Shown: one piece after another, positions 1 to 8,581 of the stretch
How the letters are laid out: every line of letters starts with the position of its first letter
How positions within the stretch are numbered: the first letter of the stretch is position 1
Assembly (NCBI RefSeq): GCF_017876815.1
Contig: NZ_JAGIOS010000002.1
Location: forward strand, 210,001-242,000
Direction of reading: 5' to 3'
DNA from: Sinorhizobium meliloti
GTDB lineage: Bacteria; Pseudomonadota; Alphaproteobacteria; Rhizobiales; Rhizobiaceae
DNA: 32,000 nt
Made by a program: the position numbers and the translations under genes
Notes under the pieces: generated by a model
Told to the model about the DNA's origin: nothing
The model's input: the letters and a program-made list of their open reading frames with translations, nothing else
The model's database searches: none

Positions 1-260
1 CTACGCCCGCCGCTTACACCGCAAAGTTGAAGTGTCCTGATCCTGCAAAGTAAGAACGTCACTCTCCCGGCGTTTTGACGTCGTAGGAGATTGCGGATGG
101 GATTGATTGCGATGAGTAAGCGGTATCTGCAGCGGATCGAGGTTCTGTCGCAAGTGATCGAACTTGATTCAAAGCAAGTTGAGTGGAAGGATGTCCGGGC
201 CTCAACGGTCGCTGGCGCCGCTCTAGGAGGCGCTCGTCATCTGGAAATTCGGAGCGAAAC

Positions 261-2042
261 ATGGCTGCTGAGTCCCACGGCATAGACCTGCTGCCGGTTA
301 TCGCCCTGCTTGGAGCGGCCGTCGTCGCGGCTCCGCTTTTCAAACGCATCGGACTCGGCTCTGTTCTCGGTTATCTCGCCGCCGGGATTGCCATCGGCCC
401 CTTCGGGCTTCGGTTGCTCCAGGAGCCGTCATCCATTCTTCACGTCGCCGAATTGGGCGTGGTGATGTTCCTCTTCATCATCGGACTGGAGATGCGGCCC
501 TCGCGCCTCTGGGGGCTTCGCCGCGAGATTTTCGGGCTCGGCATCGTACAGGTCGCCCTTTGCGCGCTGCTTCTGACGGGCGTCGGCGTTCTGACCGGCT
601 TTCCGGTAGCCCCCTCCTTCGTCGCCGGCGCCGGCTTCGTGCTCACCTCGACTGCGATCGTCATGCAGTTGCTGGAGGAACGCCGGGAGATGGCGGCGCC
701 GAAGGGGCAGCGCATCGTGTCGATTCTCCTCGTGGAGGATATGGCCATCGTGCCCTTGCTTGCGCTGGTCGCCTTCCTCGCACCGATCGTGCCCGGAAGC
801 GTTGCCGCGTCCGGGGCGATCGACTGGCTTTCGATCGCGATCGGGCTTGTTACGATTGCAGGCCTCGTCCTCGCCGGGCGTTATCTGCTCAATCCGCTTT
901 TCGGCCTCATTGCAGGCGTCGAAGCCAGGGAGGTGATGACGGCGGCAGCACTGATGGTCGTGCTCGGGTCGGCCTATGTCATGCAGCTCGGCGGTCTCTC
1001 CATGGCGATGGGCGCCTTCCTCGCCGGTGTCCTGCTGTCGGAGTCGACGTTCAGGCATCAGCTCGAGGCCGATGTCGAACCGTTCCGGGGCATTCTGCTC
1101 GGCCTTTTCTTTCTTGCGGTCGGGATGTCGCTCGATCTCGGCGTCATCGCCCGGAACTGGGCGATGATCCTGTTCTACGTGGCCGCCTACATGGTCGTGA
1201 AAGCCATCGTCATCTACCTTGTGGCGCGGCTCTTCAGGGCGTCCAACTGGGAGGCGATCGAGCGTGCGGTTTTCATGGCGCAGGGCGGCGAGTTCGCCTT
1301 CGTGCTCTATGCCGCGGCCCTCGGCACCGGCATCATCAGCAGCGAAGAGAACGCCATTCTGACGGCGATCATCATCGTATCGATGATGGTGACGCCGCTG
1401 CTGATCGCGGCGCTGCGTCTCGTGGAAAGGAACATTCCGCTCTCGACGGACGGCGTGGAGCGGCCCGAGAACCTCAGCGGCAATGTCCTGATCATCGGTT
1501 TCGGCCGTGTCGGCCAGATCGTGAGTCAGGTCCTTCTGACACGAGGTCACGTCATCTCCATCATCGATACCGACGTGGAGATGATCAACACCGCGCGCGA
1601 ATTCGATTTCAAGGTCTATTACGGTGATGGCAAGCGCCTCGACATCCTCCATGCGGCGGGCGCCGAGCGCGCCAGTGCGATCGTGGTCTGCGTGGACAAG
1701 GCGGACGACGCCACGAAAATCGTCGAGCTCATCAAGGCGGAGTTCCCTCTCATCCCGGTTCTCGCGCGTGCCTCTGACCGGCGGCACGCGCTGGATCTCA
1801 TCACCGCGGGCGCCGATTTCCACATCCGTGAGACGTTCGAATCCTCGCTGGTTCTCGGGCAGAAAGCACTGGAGGCGTTGGGAGCGGATCTGCCGGAGGT
1901 CGCCGAAATCATCGAGAAGGTTCGGCAGCGGGACGAGAAGCGGCTCGAGCTCGAATTGGTCGGCGGCCTCTATGCCGGGCGGCCGCTCTTCAGCGGCAAA
2001 TTGGAGCCGGTGGAGGCCGTGCCGCCCGGCGGTTCGGCGTGA
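261..2042 (+). CDS. CPA2-family monovalent cation:proton antiporter, KefB/KefC-type K+ efflux protein with a C-terminal RCK/TrkA-N domain
   Basis: ATG at 261 lies inside the 183..2042 ORF, and the first 26 codons of that ORF are Arg-rich and non-membrane. About 390 aa of multi-TM hydrophobic core follow (GLGSVLGYLAAGIAIGPFGL, VMFLFIIGLE). Next comes a Rossmann motif, VLIIGFGRVGQIV, typical of TrkA-N/RCK. Confidence 0.85.
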   Translation: MAAESHGIDLLPVIALLGAAVVAAPLFKRIGLGSVLGYLAAGIAIGPFGLRLLQEPSSILHVAELGVVMFLFIIGLEMRPSRLWGLRREIFGLGIVQVALCALLLTGVGVLTGFPVAPSFVAGAGFVLTSTAIVMQLLEERREMAAPKGQRIVSILLVEDMAIVPLLALVAFLAPIVPGSVAASGAIDWLSIAIGLVTIAGLVLAGRYLLNPLFGLIAGVEAREVMTAAALMVVLGSAYVMQLGGLSMAMGAFLAGVLLSESTFRHQLEADVEPFRGILLGLFFLAVGMSLDLGVIARNWAMILFYVAAYMVVKAIVIYLVARLFRASNWEAIERAVFMAQGGEFAFVLYAAALGTGIISSEENAILTAIIIVSMMVTPLLIAALRLVERNIPLSTDGVERPENLSGNVLIIGFGRVGQIVSQVLLTRGHVISIIDTDVEMINTAREFDFKVYYGDGKRLDILHAAGAERASAIVVCVDKADDATKIVELIKAEFPLIPVLARASDRRHALDLITAGADFHIRETFESSLVLGQKALEALGADLPEVAEIIEKVRQRDEKRLELELVGGLYAGRPLFSGKLEPVEAVPPGGSA

Positions 2043-2072
2043 ACGAAGCAGAGGCAGCGTCGAAGCCGCGAT

Positions 2073-2103
2073 CCTCATTCCTGTGACCCGCACAGGAATG
2101 AGG
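2073..2103. terminator. Perfect 13-bp stem, 5-nt loop hairpin between convergent genes; also a copy of an intergenic repeat family
   Basis: cctcattcctgtg-acccg-cacaggaatgagg sits between the antiporter stop (2042) and the paoC-like stop (2123). There is no clear U-tract on either strand. It is 21/24 identical to 14336..14359. Confidence 0.5.
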
Positions 2104-2122
2104 AAACGAAAGCGGCTACGTT

Positions 2123-4348
2123 CTACAGCAGGCTCTCGATCGTGATCGGAAGTTCATGCACCCGCCTTCCGGTGGCGTGATGAATGGCGTTCGAGACCGC
2201 CGCCGACATTCCCACAAGCGCGATTTCACCGAGCCCCTTCACCCCCAGCGGATTGACGATCGTGTCTTCCTCATCGATGAAGTGGGCTTCGATATGCGGC
2301 GTATCGAGGTTCACCGGCACGAGATAATCGGCCATGTGCGCATTGATCGGACGCCCGTTGCGCCTGTCGAGCAGCGTTCGCTCCATGATGGCCATGCCGA
2401 TGCCGCCGATCATGCCGCCGATGCACTGGCTCGTCGCAAGCTTCGGGTTGACGACCCGGCCGACTCCGTAGGCGCCCAGGGCTCGCCTGACCTTGATCGT
2501 CTTCACGTCGGGATCGATGGCGACTTCGGCGAAGACCGCGCCGAATGAATGCATCGAATATTTCTGTCCGGTTTCGGCGTCACGGGCGGCAGTCCCCTCC
2601 CCGACGAGCGGGCTCTCCCCGCCATAGGACACGAGGTCAGCATAGGTGACGCCTCGATCGGACCGGCCTTTCACGAACAGCATGCCATCGCGCCATTCCA
2701 GCGCTTCCGGCGATTGCCCGGCGAGCCCCGCATTGCCGCCGCCTTTTGCCGCAAGCACGGCCGCCTTCGCCTGAAGATCGAGGCATGCGGCTCTGATCGC
2801 GGAGCCGACAGAAGCCATGGTCATCGACCCGCCATGGGGCGGCGTCGCCGGAAAATCGGAGCGGCCAAGAGAAAACCGGATTCTCTCGACGGGAATTCCC
2901 AGATATTCCGCGGCGACCTGCGACATCGAGGTGTAGGTGCCCGGCCCCATGTCGCTTGCCGCCGCCTCAACCTCCACCGTCCCGTCGGGGAGAAGTCTTA
3001 CTCGGGCGCTTGCCGGGGCAAACAGGCATGGATAAGAGGCGTTGGCCATTCCATAACCGATCAGAAGGCGCCCGTCCCGCATCGAGCCCGGCTCGGGCGT
3101 CCGGCGACTCCAGCCAAAGCGTTCGGCTCCAAGATCGTAGCATTTCAGCATCGATCGGCTGGAGAACGGCACCTGCCGCCCTTCGTCGATCTGCGGCTCG
3201 TTGATCCGCCGCAAGTCGATCGGGTCCATCTGAAGCTTATAGGCCAGTTCGTCGACCGCACATTCGAGCGCGTGGATACCGCTCGCCTCGCCGGGGCCCC
3301 GCATATAGGTCGGTGTGCTCGCGTCCAGGGGAATGAGGCGATAGCTCGTGCGCACGTTCGGACAGGAATACATGAAGCTCGTCACGGACGTGAGCGCCTC
3401 CATGAATTCCTCGTAACGGCTCGTCTCCCCTGCCCCTTCGTGGACGATACCGATGAGCTTGCCGTCGGGCTGCGCCCCCAGGGCGATGCGCTGTAGCGTG
3501 TAAGGCCTGTGCCCCGTCGCAAAAAACATCTGTTTGCGGGTGAGCACGAGCTTCACCGGACGGTTGACGTGCCGCGCGGCCAGAGCCGCCAGGGTGACGT
3601 GCGGCCAGGTTCTCAGACTGGTACCGAAAGCGCCTCCGATGAAGGGGCAGATCACCTGCACATTCTCCGGCGGAAGCCCGAAGACGGCGGCGATTTCGGC
3701 CTGTTCGTTGACCACGAACTGGCTCTTGCTCCAAAGCGTCAGGCGGTCGCCGTCCCAGGCGGCGATGGTCGCGTGCGGCTCCATCGGATTGTGGTTCTCG
3801 CGCGCGATGACATATTCCGCCTCGACCTTCACGGCCGCGGTTTCGAGCGCCTTGTCGGCGTCTCCGCGGGCGACATCGGCTTCGGCCCGGGCACCCGGCC
3901 GGCGCGCGACCGCCGGGACGACCTGCTCGCCGGCATGGGCATCGACCTGCGGCGGGCGGGCGGAGTAGGTGACCTTGAGCGCGTTGGCCGCATGCTCCGC
4001 TTGATCGAGCGTTTCGGCGACGACGATGGCGACCGGTTCTCCGAAGAAGCGTACTTCGGAGCCCTGCAGCACGTGAAGCCGTTCTCCCGCCGGCGGATCG
4101 ATAGGTCCGCGGTGTTCGTTGTAGGCAAGCCGCTGCGCGTTGAGGTGGCTTATGACAGCCACGACGCCCGGCATTTTCTCAACCGCTGCGCTGTCAATCG
4201 ATTCTATTCGACCGAGCCCGACAGTACTGCCCACGATGACTGCGTGGGCTTGGCCTTCCTGGTTGAACTCGGCCGCGTATGTGGCCTGGCCAGTGACCTT
4301 CAGGCGGCCGTCGATGCGCGACAAGGATTTACCGATAGCCGTCGTCAT
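2123..4348 (-). CDS. paoC: Xanthine dehydrogenase/aldehyde oxidase family molybdopterin-binding large subunit (PaoC/YagR-like)
   Basis: Start is the ATG at 4348 (MTTAIGKSLSRIDGRLKVTGQATYAAEF), 200 codons inside the 941-aa ORF. Its ATGA overlaps the upstream gene's stop. The 741 aa carry a typical Ald_Xan_dh_C architecture, and the gene is last in an FeS-FAD-Moco order. Confidence 0.85.
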   Translation of the reverse strand: MTTAIGKSLSRIDGRLKVTGQATYAAEFNQEGQAHAVIVGSTVGLGRIESIDSAAVEKMPGVVAVISHLNAQRLAYNEHRGPIDPPAGERLHVLQGSEVRFFGEPVAIVVAETLDQAEHAANALKVTYSARPPQVDAHAGEQVVPAVARRPGARAEADVARGDADKALETAAVKVEAEYVIARENHNPMEPHATIAAWDGDRLTLWSKSQFVVNEQAEIAAVFGLPPENVQVICPFIGGAFGTSLRTWPHVTLAALAARHVNRPVKLVLTRKQMFFATGHRPYTLQRIALGAQPDGKLIGIVHEGAGETSRYEEFMEALTSVTSFMYSCPNVRTSYRLIPLDASTPTYMRGPGEASGIHALECAVDELAYKLQMDPIDLRRINEPQIDEGRQVPFSSRSMLKCYDLGAERFGWSRRTPEPGSMRDGRLLIGYGMANASYPCLFAPASARVRLLPDGTVEVEAAASDMGPGTYTSMSQVAAEYLGIPVERIRFSLGRSDFPATPPHGGSMTMASVGSAIRAACLDLQAKAAVLAAKGGGNAGLAGQSPEALEWRDGMLFVKGRSDRGVTYADLVSYGGESPLVGEGTAARDAETGQKYSMHSFGAVFAEVAIDPDVKTIKVRRALGAYGVGRVVNPKLATSQCIGGMIGGIGMAIMERTLLDRRNGRPINAHMADYLVPVNLDTPHIEAHFIDEEDTIVNPLGVKGLGEIALVGMSAAVSNAIHHATGRRVHELPITIESLL

Positions 4349-5322
4349 GCCACATCTCCTGCCATTTCGAGTGCTCGTACGATCGTTGCGGGAAGGAGTT
4401 TCACCTTGAATCCGTTGTGGGAGAGAGGACGCGTCTCCTCGGTCGAAACCGCCGCCGCGATCTCGTAGCTGGCGCGAGCGGCGGGTTTTCCCACCAGCGC
4501 CTGCTCGACAGCGTTCATGCGCCACGGGCGGGTGCCCACGCCCCCCGCGGCGATGCGGACCTCTTTGATTATTCCGTTCTCCACGTGAAGAGCCGCTGCC
4601 GCCGATACGAGCGCAAACTCGTAGGAGGATCGGTCCCGGACCTTCAAATAGCGCGCCTTTCTCGCATAGGGACCGTTTGGAATGTGGACCTCCACGATGA
4701 GTTCGCCTGGTTCCAGCGTGTGCTCGAGATGAGGCGTCGACTCCGGAAGCCGGAAGAGCTCCTCTACCGGAATGGTCCGCTCGCCGCGCGGCCCCTTCAA
4801 GGAGAGCATCGCTCCCAGGGCGACGAGAGAAACGGCCAGATCGGATGGATGCGTGGCGACGCAGTGCTCGCTGGTGCCGAGAATTGCATGGCCAGCGTTC
4901 AAGCCGTCGATTGCCGAGCATCCCGAACCCGGTACGCGCTTGTTGCAAGGCGCGTCCAGCATGCGGAAATAGGGACAGCGGACCCGCTGCAGCAGATTGC
5001 CGCCGATCGACGCCACATTGCGGAGCTGCGGCGATGCACCCTCGGTCAACGTCTCCGGGATGAGCGGCTGCAATCTGCGCACATCCTGATTGGCGGCGAC
5101 CTCGGACATGCGGGCCAGCGCGCCGATGACGATCGCTTCATCCGTGGCCCGGAGGTAATTCAGCGGCAGGCGATTGATGTCCACGATCTTTTCCGGCGTC
5201 TCCACCTCCTCTCGCATCAAGTCGACGAGGGTCGTCCCGCCGGCAAGATATCTGGCTCCGGCAGCGCCTGCGGCGATCGCTTCGGACTCGCTGGCCGCCC
5301 GTTGAAATTCGAAGGGTCTCAT
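4345..5322 (-). CDS. paoB: FAD-binding subunit of the molybdo-enzyme (PaoB/YagS-like) with a Cys cluster for a 4Fe-4S centre
   Basis: Start is the ATG at 5322 (MRPFEFQRAAS...). Motifs seen: AGGTTLVDLM, GGNLLQRVRCPYF...CNKRVPGSGC and ATHPSDLAV. This closely parallels E. coli PaoB as I remember it. ATGA overlaps occur at both ends. Confidence 0.85.
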   Translation of the reverse strand: MRPFEFQRAASESEAIAAGAAGARYLAGGTTLVDLMREEVETPEKIVDINRLPLNYLRATDEAIVIGALARMSEVAANQDVRRLQPLIPETLTEGASPQLRNVASIGGNLLQRVRCPYFRMLDAPCNKRVPGSGCSAIDGLNAGHAILGTSEHCVATHPSDLAVSLVALGAMLSLKGPRGERTIPVEELFRLPESTPHLEHTLEPGELIVEVHIPNGPYARKARYLKVRDRSSYEFALVSAAAALHVENGIIKEVRIAAGGVGTRPWRMNAVEQALVGKPAARASYEIAAAVSTEETRPLSHNGFKVKLLPATIVRALEMAGDVA

Positions 5323-5942
5323 GTGCGATCCTCCTTGGCAGCCTGGGCGACGGCCGCAACGATCCCGGGATAGGCACCGCAGCGACAGATGTTGCCGCTC
5401 ATCCAGTAGCTGATCTCCTCGGCCGAGGATGCATGACCCTCGCTGATGCAGCCGAGCCCCGACATGATCTGTCCCGATGTGCAATAGCCGCATTGAAAGG
5501 CGTCATGCTCGATGAAGGCCACCTGCAGCGGATGCAGCGCCTCTCCTTCTGCGACACCCTCGATGGTCGTGATCTTCGCGCCGTCATACATGACGGCGAG
5601 CGCCAGGCACGCATTGACGCGCTGGCCGTCTATCAGCACCGTGCAGGCCCCGCACGCACCCTGGTTGCACCCTTTTTTGGTGCCGGTCAGAGAGAGCCTC
5701 TCCCTCAGCATATCCAGAACAGACAAGCGGGGATCGACAACCAGCTGATGGACTCGACCATTCACGGTCACTTCCAACGGCAGCGTGTGCGTGGGAGGCG
5801 CGGGCGTTGCGGTTGAATCCGCTGCTGCCTCGGCCGGGAGCGGCAGCGCGGCAAATGCCACGGCCCCGGCGGTTGCCTGAAGCGCTTCTCGGCGTGACAT
5901 GGTAAGACCAGGCGGATGCAATTCTGCTGTTTCGTCAGTCAT
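5319..5942 (-). CDS. paoA: (2Fe-2S)-binding small subunit with a twin-arginine (Tat) signal peptide (PaoA/YagT-like)
   Basis: ATG at 5942 is preceded by AAGGGGA; an alternative ATG lies at 5900. The Tat motif SRREALQATAGAVAFAALPLPAEA is present. FeS motifs are CNQGACGACTV, FQCGYCTSGQ and CRCGAY. Confidence 0.85.
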   Translation of the reverse strand: MTDETAELHPPGLTMSRREALQATAGAVAFAALPLPAEAAADSTATPAPPTHTLPLEVTVNGRVHQLVVDPRLSVLDMLRERLSLTGTKKGCNQGACGACTVLIDGQRVNACLALAVMYDGAKITTIEGVAEGEALHPLQVAFIEHDAFQCGYCTSGQIMSGLGCISEGHASSAEEISYWMSGNICRCGAYPGIVAAVAQAAKEDRT

Positions 5943-6141
5943 GAAAGGTCCCCTTCGGCTCAGTAATGGCGAGAGAGAATAGGACGTGCGCCGCGAGTTC
6001 ACTGTTCCGGTCTTTCGGAATTGTTCGGATGTTGCTGTGACGATCAAGAACTGCGGCGAGAGTCAGCCATCAGCCATCAAACAAGCTGCCGCAAACACAG
6101 GCATTGCTGAAGCATTCCGCCGATGAGACCGGTGCAAGATG

Positions 6142-7032
6142 TCAGAGCCGACGGCGAAACTCGGTCGGTGTGATCCCCACCGCTTTCCGAAAGCTAGCGG
6201 CAAAAGCGGATTGTGTTTCATAGCCCACGGCCAGAGCGATATCGTTGACGCGCAGCTTCATATCTCTCAGCAGCGTCTTGGCGTAGGCGATGCGCTGACG
6301 AGTCAACCATCCGTATGGCGTCTGTCCGGTGGCCATACGGAAGGCCGTACAGAAGTGGAACCGGCTCAAGTTTACCAGGTCCGCCAGTTCCTGAATCCGG
6401 ATATCCTCCGCCATATTTTCGCGCATATAGCCGGTGACACGCTTGACCTGCCAACCCGAAAGACCACGCTGCGGTCCAGGCGAGATAGGCATTGAACTTG
6501 CGGAATGAGCCCTGAGGAGCTGAAGACAGACAAGGTCGAGGAGCTGATCGATGTACAAGTGGGAGATCGCGTCTCCCGAATTTATCTCGTCATTGATCAA
6601 AGCCATGATGGTGAACAGTTTGGGATCGCTGAAGTTGACCCGGTCAAGCAGCTCGGGCTCCCGGCCATTTCCCACCTGATCCGCGCTGGCTAGAAGGCGC
6701 TTGTGGCCCAGGAAAATGTTCGAGACCTCGACATGGCCGTCGGCACGCCAAAAGCCACCGTGGCCTCTTGGTGCCAACGTGATCGTCCCCATCGCCGCGG
6801 GAGCGGAAATCGTTTGACCGCCGATCTTCACCGAGGCCATGCCCTGCCCGGAGTATTTCGCAGAAAGCACATGGTCCTTCAGCGGCGGCAACTCATACTC
6901 GAACGGTTTGTTCCACCACCGGCCGACCAGTCGCGTATCATCCGAAAACACCTCTGCAACAAGGGGTGGCGATAAGCCCCGCTGCAAACGACGGATGTGG
7001 GCCGTCGTATCCGCAAGCGCTTTCCCGCCCAT
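6142..7032 (-). CDS. AraC/XylS-family transcriptional regulator
   Basis: The C-terminal dual HTH is typical of the family (IQELADLVNLSRFHFCTAFRMATGQTPYGWLTRQRIAYAKTLL...DIALAVGYETQSAFAASFRKAVGITPTEFR). It lies directly upstream of, and co-directional with, the pao-like operon. Confidence 0.9.
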   Translation of the reverse strand: MGGKALADTTAHIRRLQRGLSPPLVAEVFSDDTRLVGRWWNKPFEYELPPLKDHVLSAKYSGQGMASVKIGGQTISAPAAMGTITLAPRGHGGFWRADGHVEVSNIFLGHKRLLASADQVGNGREPELLDRVNFSDPKLFTIMALINDEINSGDAISHLYIDQLLDLVCLQLLRAHSASSMPISPGPQRGLSGWQVKRVTGYMRENMAEDIRIQELADLVNLSRFHFCTAFRMATGQTPYGWLTRQRIAYAKTLLRDMKLRVNDIALAVGYETQSAFAASFRKAVGITPTEFRRRL

Positions 7033-7314
7033 GGCTGTCCCCTCTTCTCAATCTGCAGCTAACCCAAGCTTCGCGGATGCTAGCATGCTCGAATATTTGC
7101 AAAATATACAGTTTGGTGAAGTGACGGCTCGTGTGGGCGGTAGCGTGTACTTGCACGAGGTCGGATAACGGCTCAGCGTGACACCACTTTGCACATAAGC
7201 GCACATCACCACTTTGCCGCAGTCCAACTGCCGCGTCGAGATGCCGTGATCTCTCAAAGTAAGAGTGCCCTGCCCCTCTCTCCGAATTTTGCACGCGGTG
7301 GTGACCCCGGCGCC

Positions 7315-8577
7315 TTACCGATCCCTCACAGGCTTGCTTTGCACCGGCAGCGTCACGACGAAGCAGGCACCGCCGTCCGGCGGAGATTCGTAGCTGACGG
7401 CGCCGCCGTGACGTTCGGCAATCTGGCGCACCAGCGCCAGTCCCAAACCCCAGCCGCCCGCGGCCTCGCTACGTCCCGACGGGCGGTAGAAAGGCTCGAA
7501 AACGCGATGCCTCTCGCTATCCGCTATGCCGGGCCCGTGATCGCGGACCCTAAGGATCGCAGCATCGTCTGCCTGCGCGACAGCGGCTGTGACAGGTGGA
7601 CCGCCGTGGTGCAGTGCGTTCTGCAGGAGGTTGCGCACGAGCCTGCGAAGCAGGCGAGCATCGCATGCGACGATCGCAGGCATTCCGAAAACCTCTACAT
7701 CGTTGCGCGCGCCCTCTTCCGATACGAGAGCCAGAAGGTCGACGGACTCCAGCGCATCGAGCTTCTCGACGTGGTCCAGCCTGCTTGCCAGCAGGATCTC
7801 CTCGATCAGCGTGTCCAGTTCGGAAAGGTTGCGGATGATTTCCTGCTTGCGATCGTCGTTCGGCGCCTGCTCGTAGAGGTCGATCGCCATGCGCAGGCGC
7901 GCAAGCGGCGAGCGCAATTCATGGCTGGCATTGGCGAGCAAGGCCCGGTGCGACTTGATCAGCCGCTCGACCTGGTCGGCGGCCCTGTTGAAGCTCTTGG
8001 CCACCGCCGCCACCTCGTCGCTGCCGTCCTCCGGCACGCGAACCACGAAATCGCCCTTGCCCCAGGCATCCACGCCCACGCGCAGCCGCTCCAGCCGGCG
8101 GGTCAGGTGACGGACCACCGGATAGGCGGCCAGCCCGATGACACCGGCGATCAAAGCCAGGTAGGCGAGCGGATTGCGGCCGGACGGACGCAAGGGCCGC
8201 TCCATGCGCGCAGCCACGGTACGGCCGTCGGGCAGTTCGGTCACCATGGTGTGAAAATTGCCCGGGCCGTGGCGCCAAGGCTGGTCGAGAATGTCGCGCG
8301 GAATCGGGCTGCCGCCGCTTGCGATCAGCCTGCCGCGCGGGTCGTATACGGCAATGTCGGCATCGAAAGCGCGTGAAAACCGCTCGATGGTCGCCTCGAC
8401 GGTCCGGTCGTCCATGTCCGGCGGAATGAGCGCGGCGACGAACCGGGCGCGCTGGCTTTGCCAGCCGGATTCCTCCTCGCCCTGCCCGAGCCATACGAAT
8501 GCGGCGCTGGCGACGGCAACCGCGGCAAGGCTCGCGAGCAGTGTCAGGTAGATTTTCAGGAACAGCCGGCTGCGCAT
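7315..8577 (-). CDS. Two-component sensor histidine kinase (2 TM, periplasmic loop, HAMP, HisKA, HATPase_c), CpxA-like position
   Basis: Start is the ATG at 8577 (MRSRLFLKIYLTLLASLAAVAV), 4 nt after the regulator's stop. H-box is SHELRSPL, N-box LVRNLLQNALHHG, G-boxes DHGPGI and GWGLGLALV. Confidence 0.9.
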   Translation of the reverse strand: MRSRLFLKIYLTLLASLAAVAVASAAFVWLGQGEEESGWQSQRARFVAALIPPDMDDRTVEATIERFSRAFDADIAVYDPRGRLIASGGSPIPRDILDQPWRHGPGNFHTMVTELPDGRTVAARMERPLRPSGRNPLAYLALIAGVIGLAAYPVVRHLTRRLERLRVGVDAWGKGDFVVRVPEDGSDEVAAVAKSFNRAADQVERLIKSHRALLANASHELRSPLARLRMAIDLYEQAPNDDRKQEIIRNLSELDTLIEEILLASRLDHVEKLDALESVDLLALVSEEGARNDVEVFGMPAIVACDARLLRRLVRNLLQNALHHGGPPVTAAVAQADDAAILRVRDHGPGIADSERHRVFEPFYRPSGRSEAAGGWGLGLALVRQIAERHGGAVSYESPPDGGACFVVTLPVQSKPVRDR

Positions 8578-8581
8578 CGCT

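Noticed and set aside
429-2093. Very long antisense or out-of-frame ORFs opposite real genes. Examples: 429..2093(-), 7189..8376(+), 10704..11573(-), 15090..17123(+), 17139..18101(-), 17785..19044(-), 21092..22216(-), 25816..26970(-), 27674..28780(-), 30003..30890(-), 31358..31978(-).
   Set aside because: Their translations are Arg/Gly/Pro/Asp/His-rich low-complexity strings with no recognisable motifs. Each overlaps a gene with strong family signatures on the other strand or frame. Long stop-free antisense frames are expected in high-GC DNA.
4349-4948. N-terminal extensions offered by the ORF track. Examples: 941-aa paoC form, 382-aa paoB form, 242-aa paoA form, 476-aa kinase form, 134-aa groES form, 309-aa DUF899 form, 143-aa secreted-protein form, 120-aa small-ORF form.
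   Set aside because: The extensions are Arg/Pro-rich, overlap the upstream gene and lack homology. Internal ATGs with SD sequences or ATGA coupling give proteins of canonical length that begin with family-typical N-termini.
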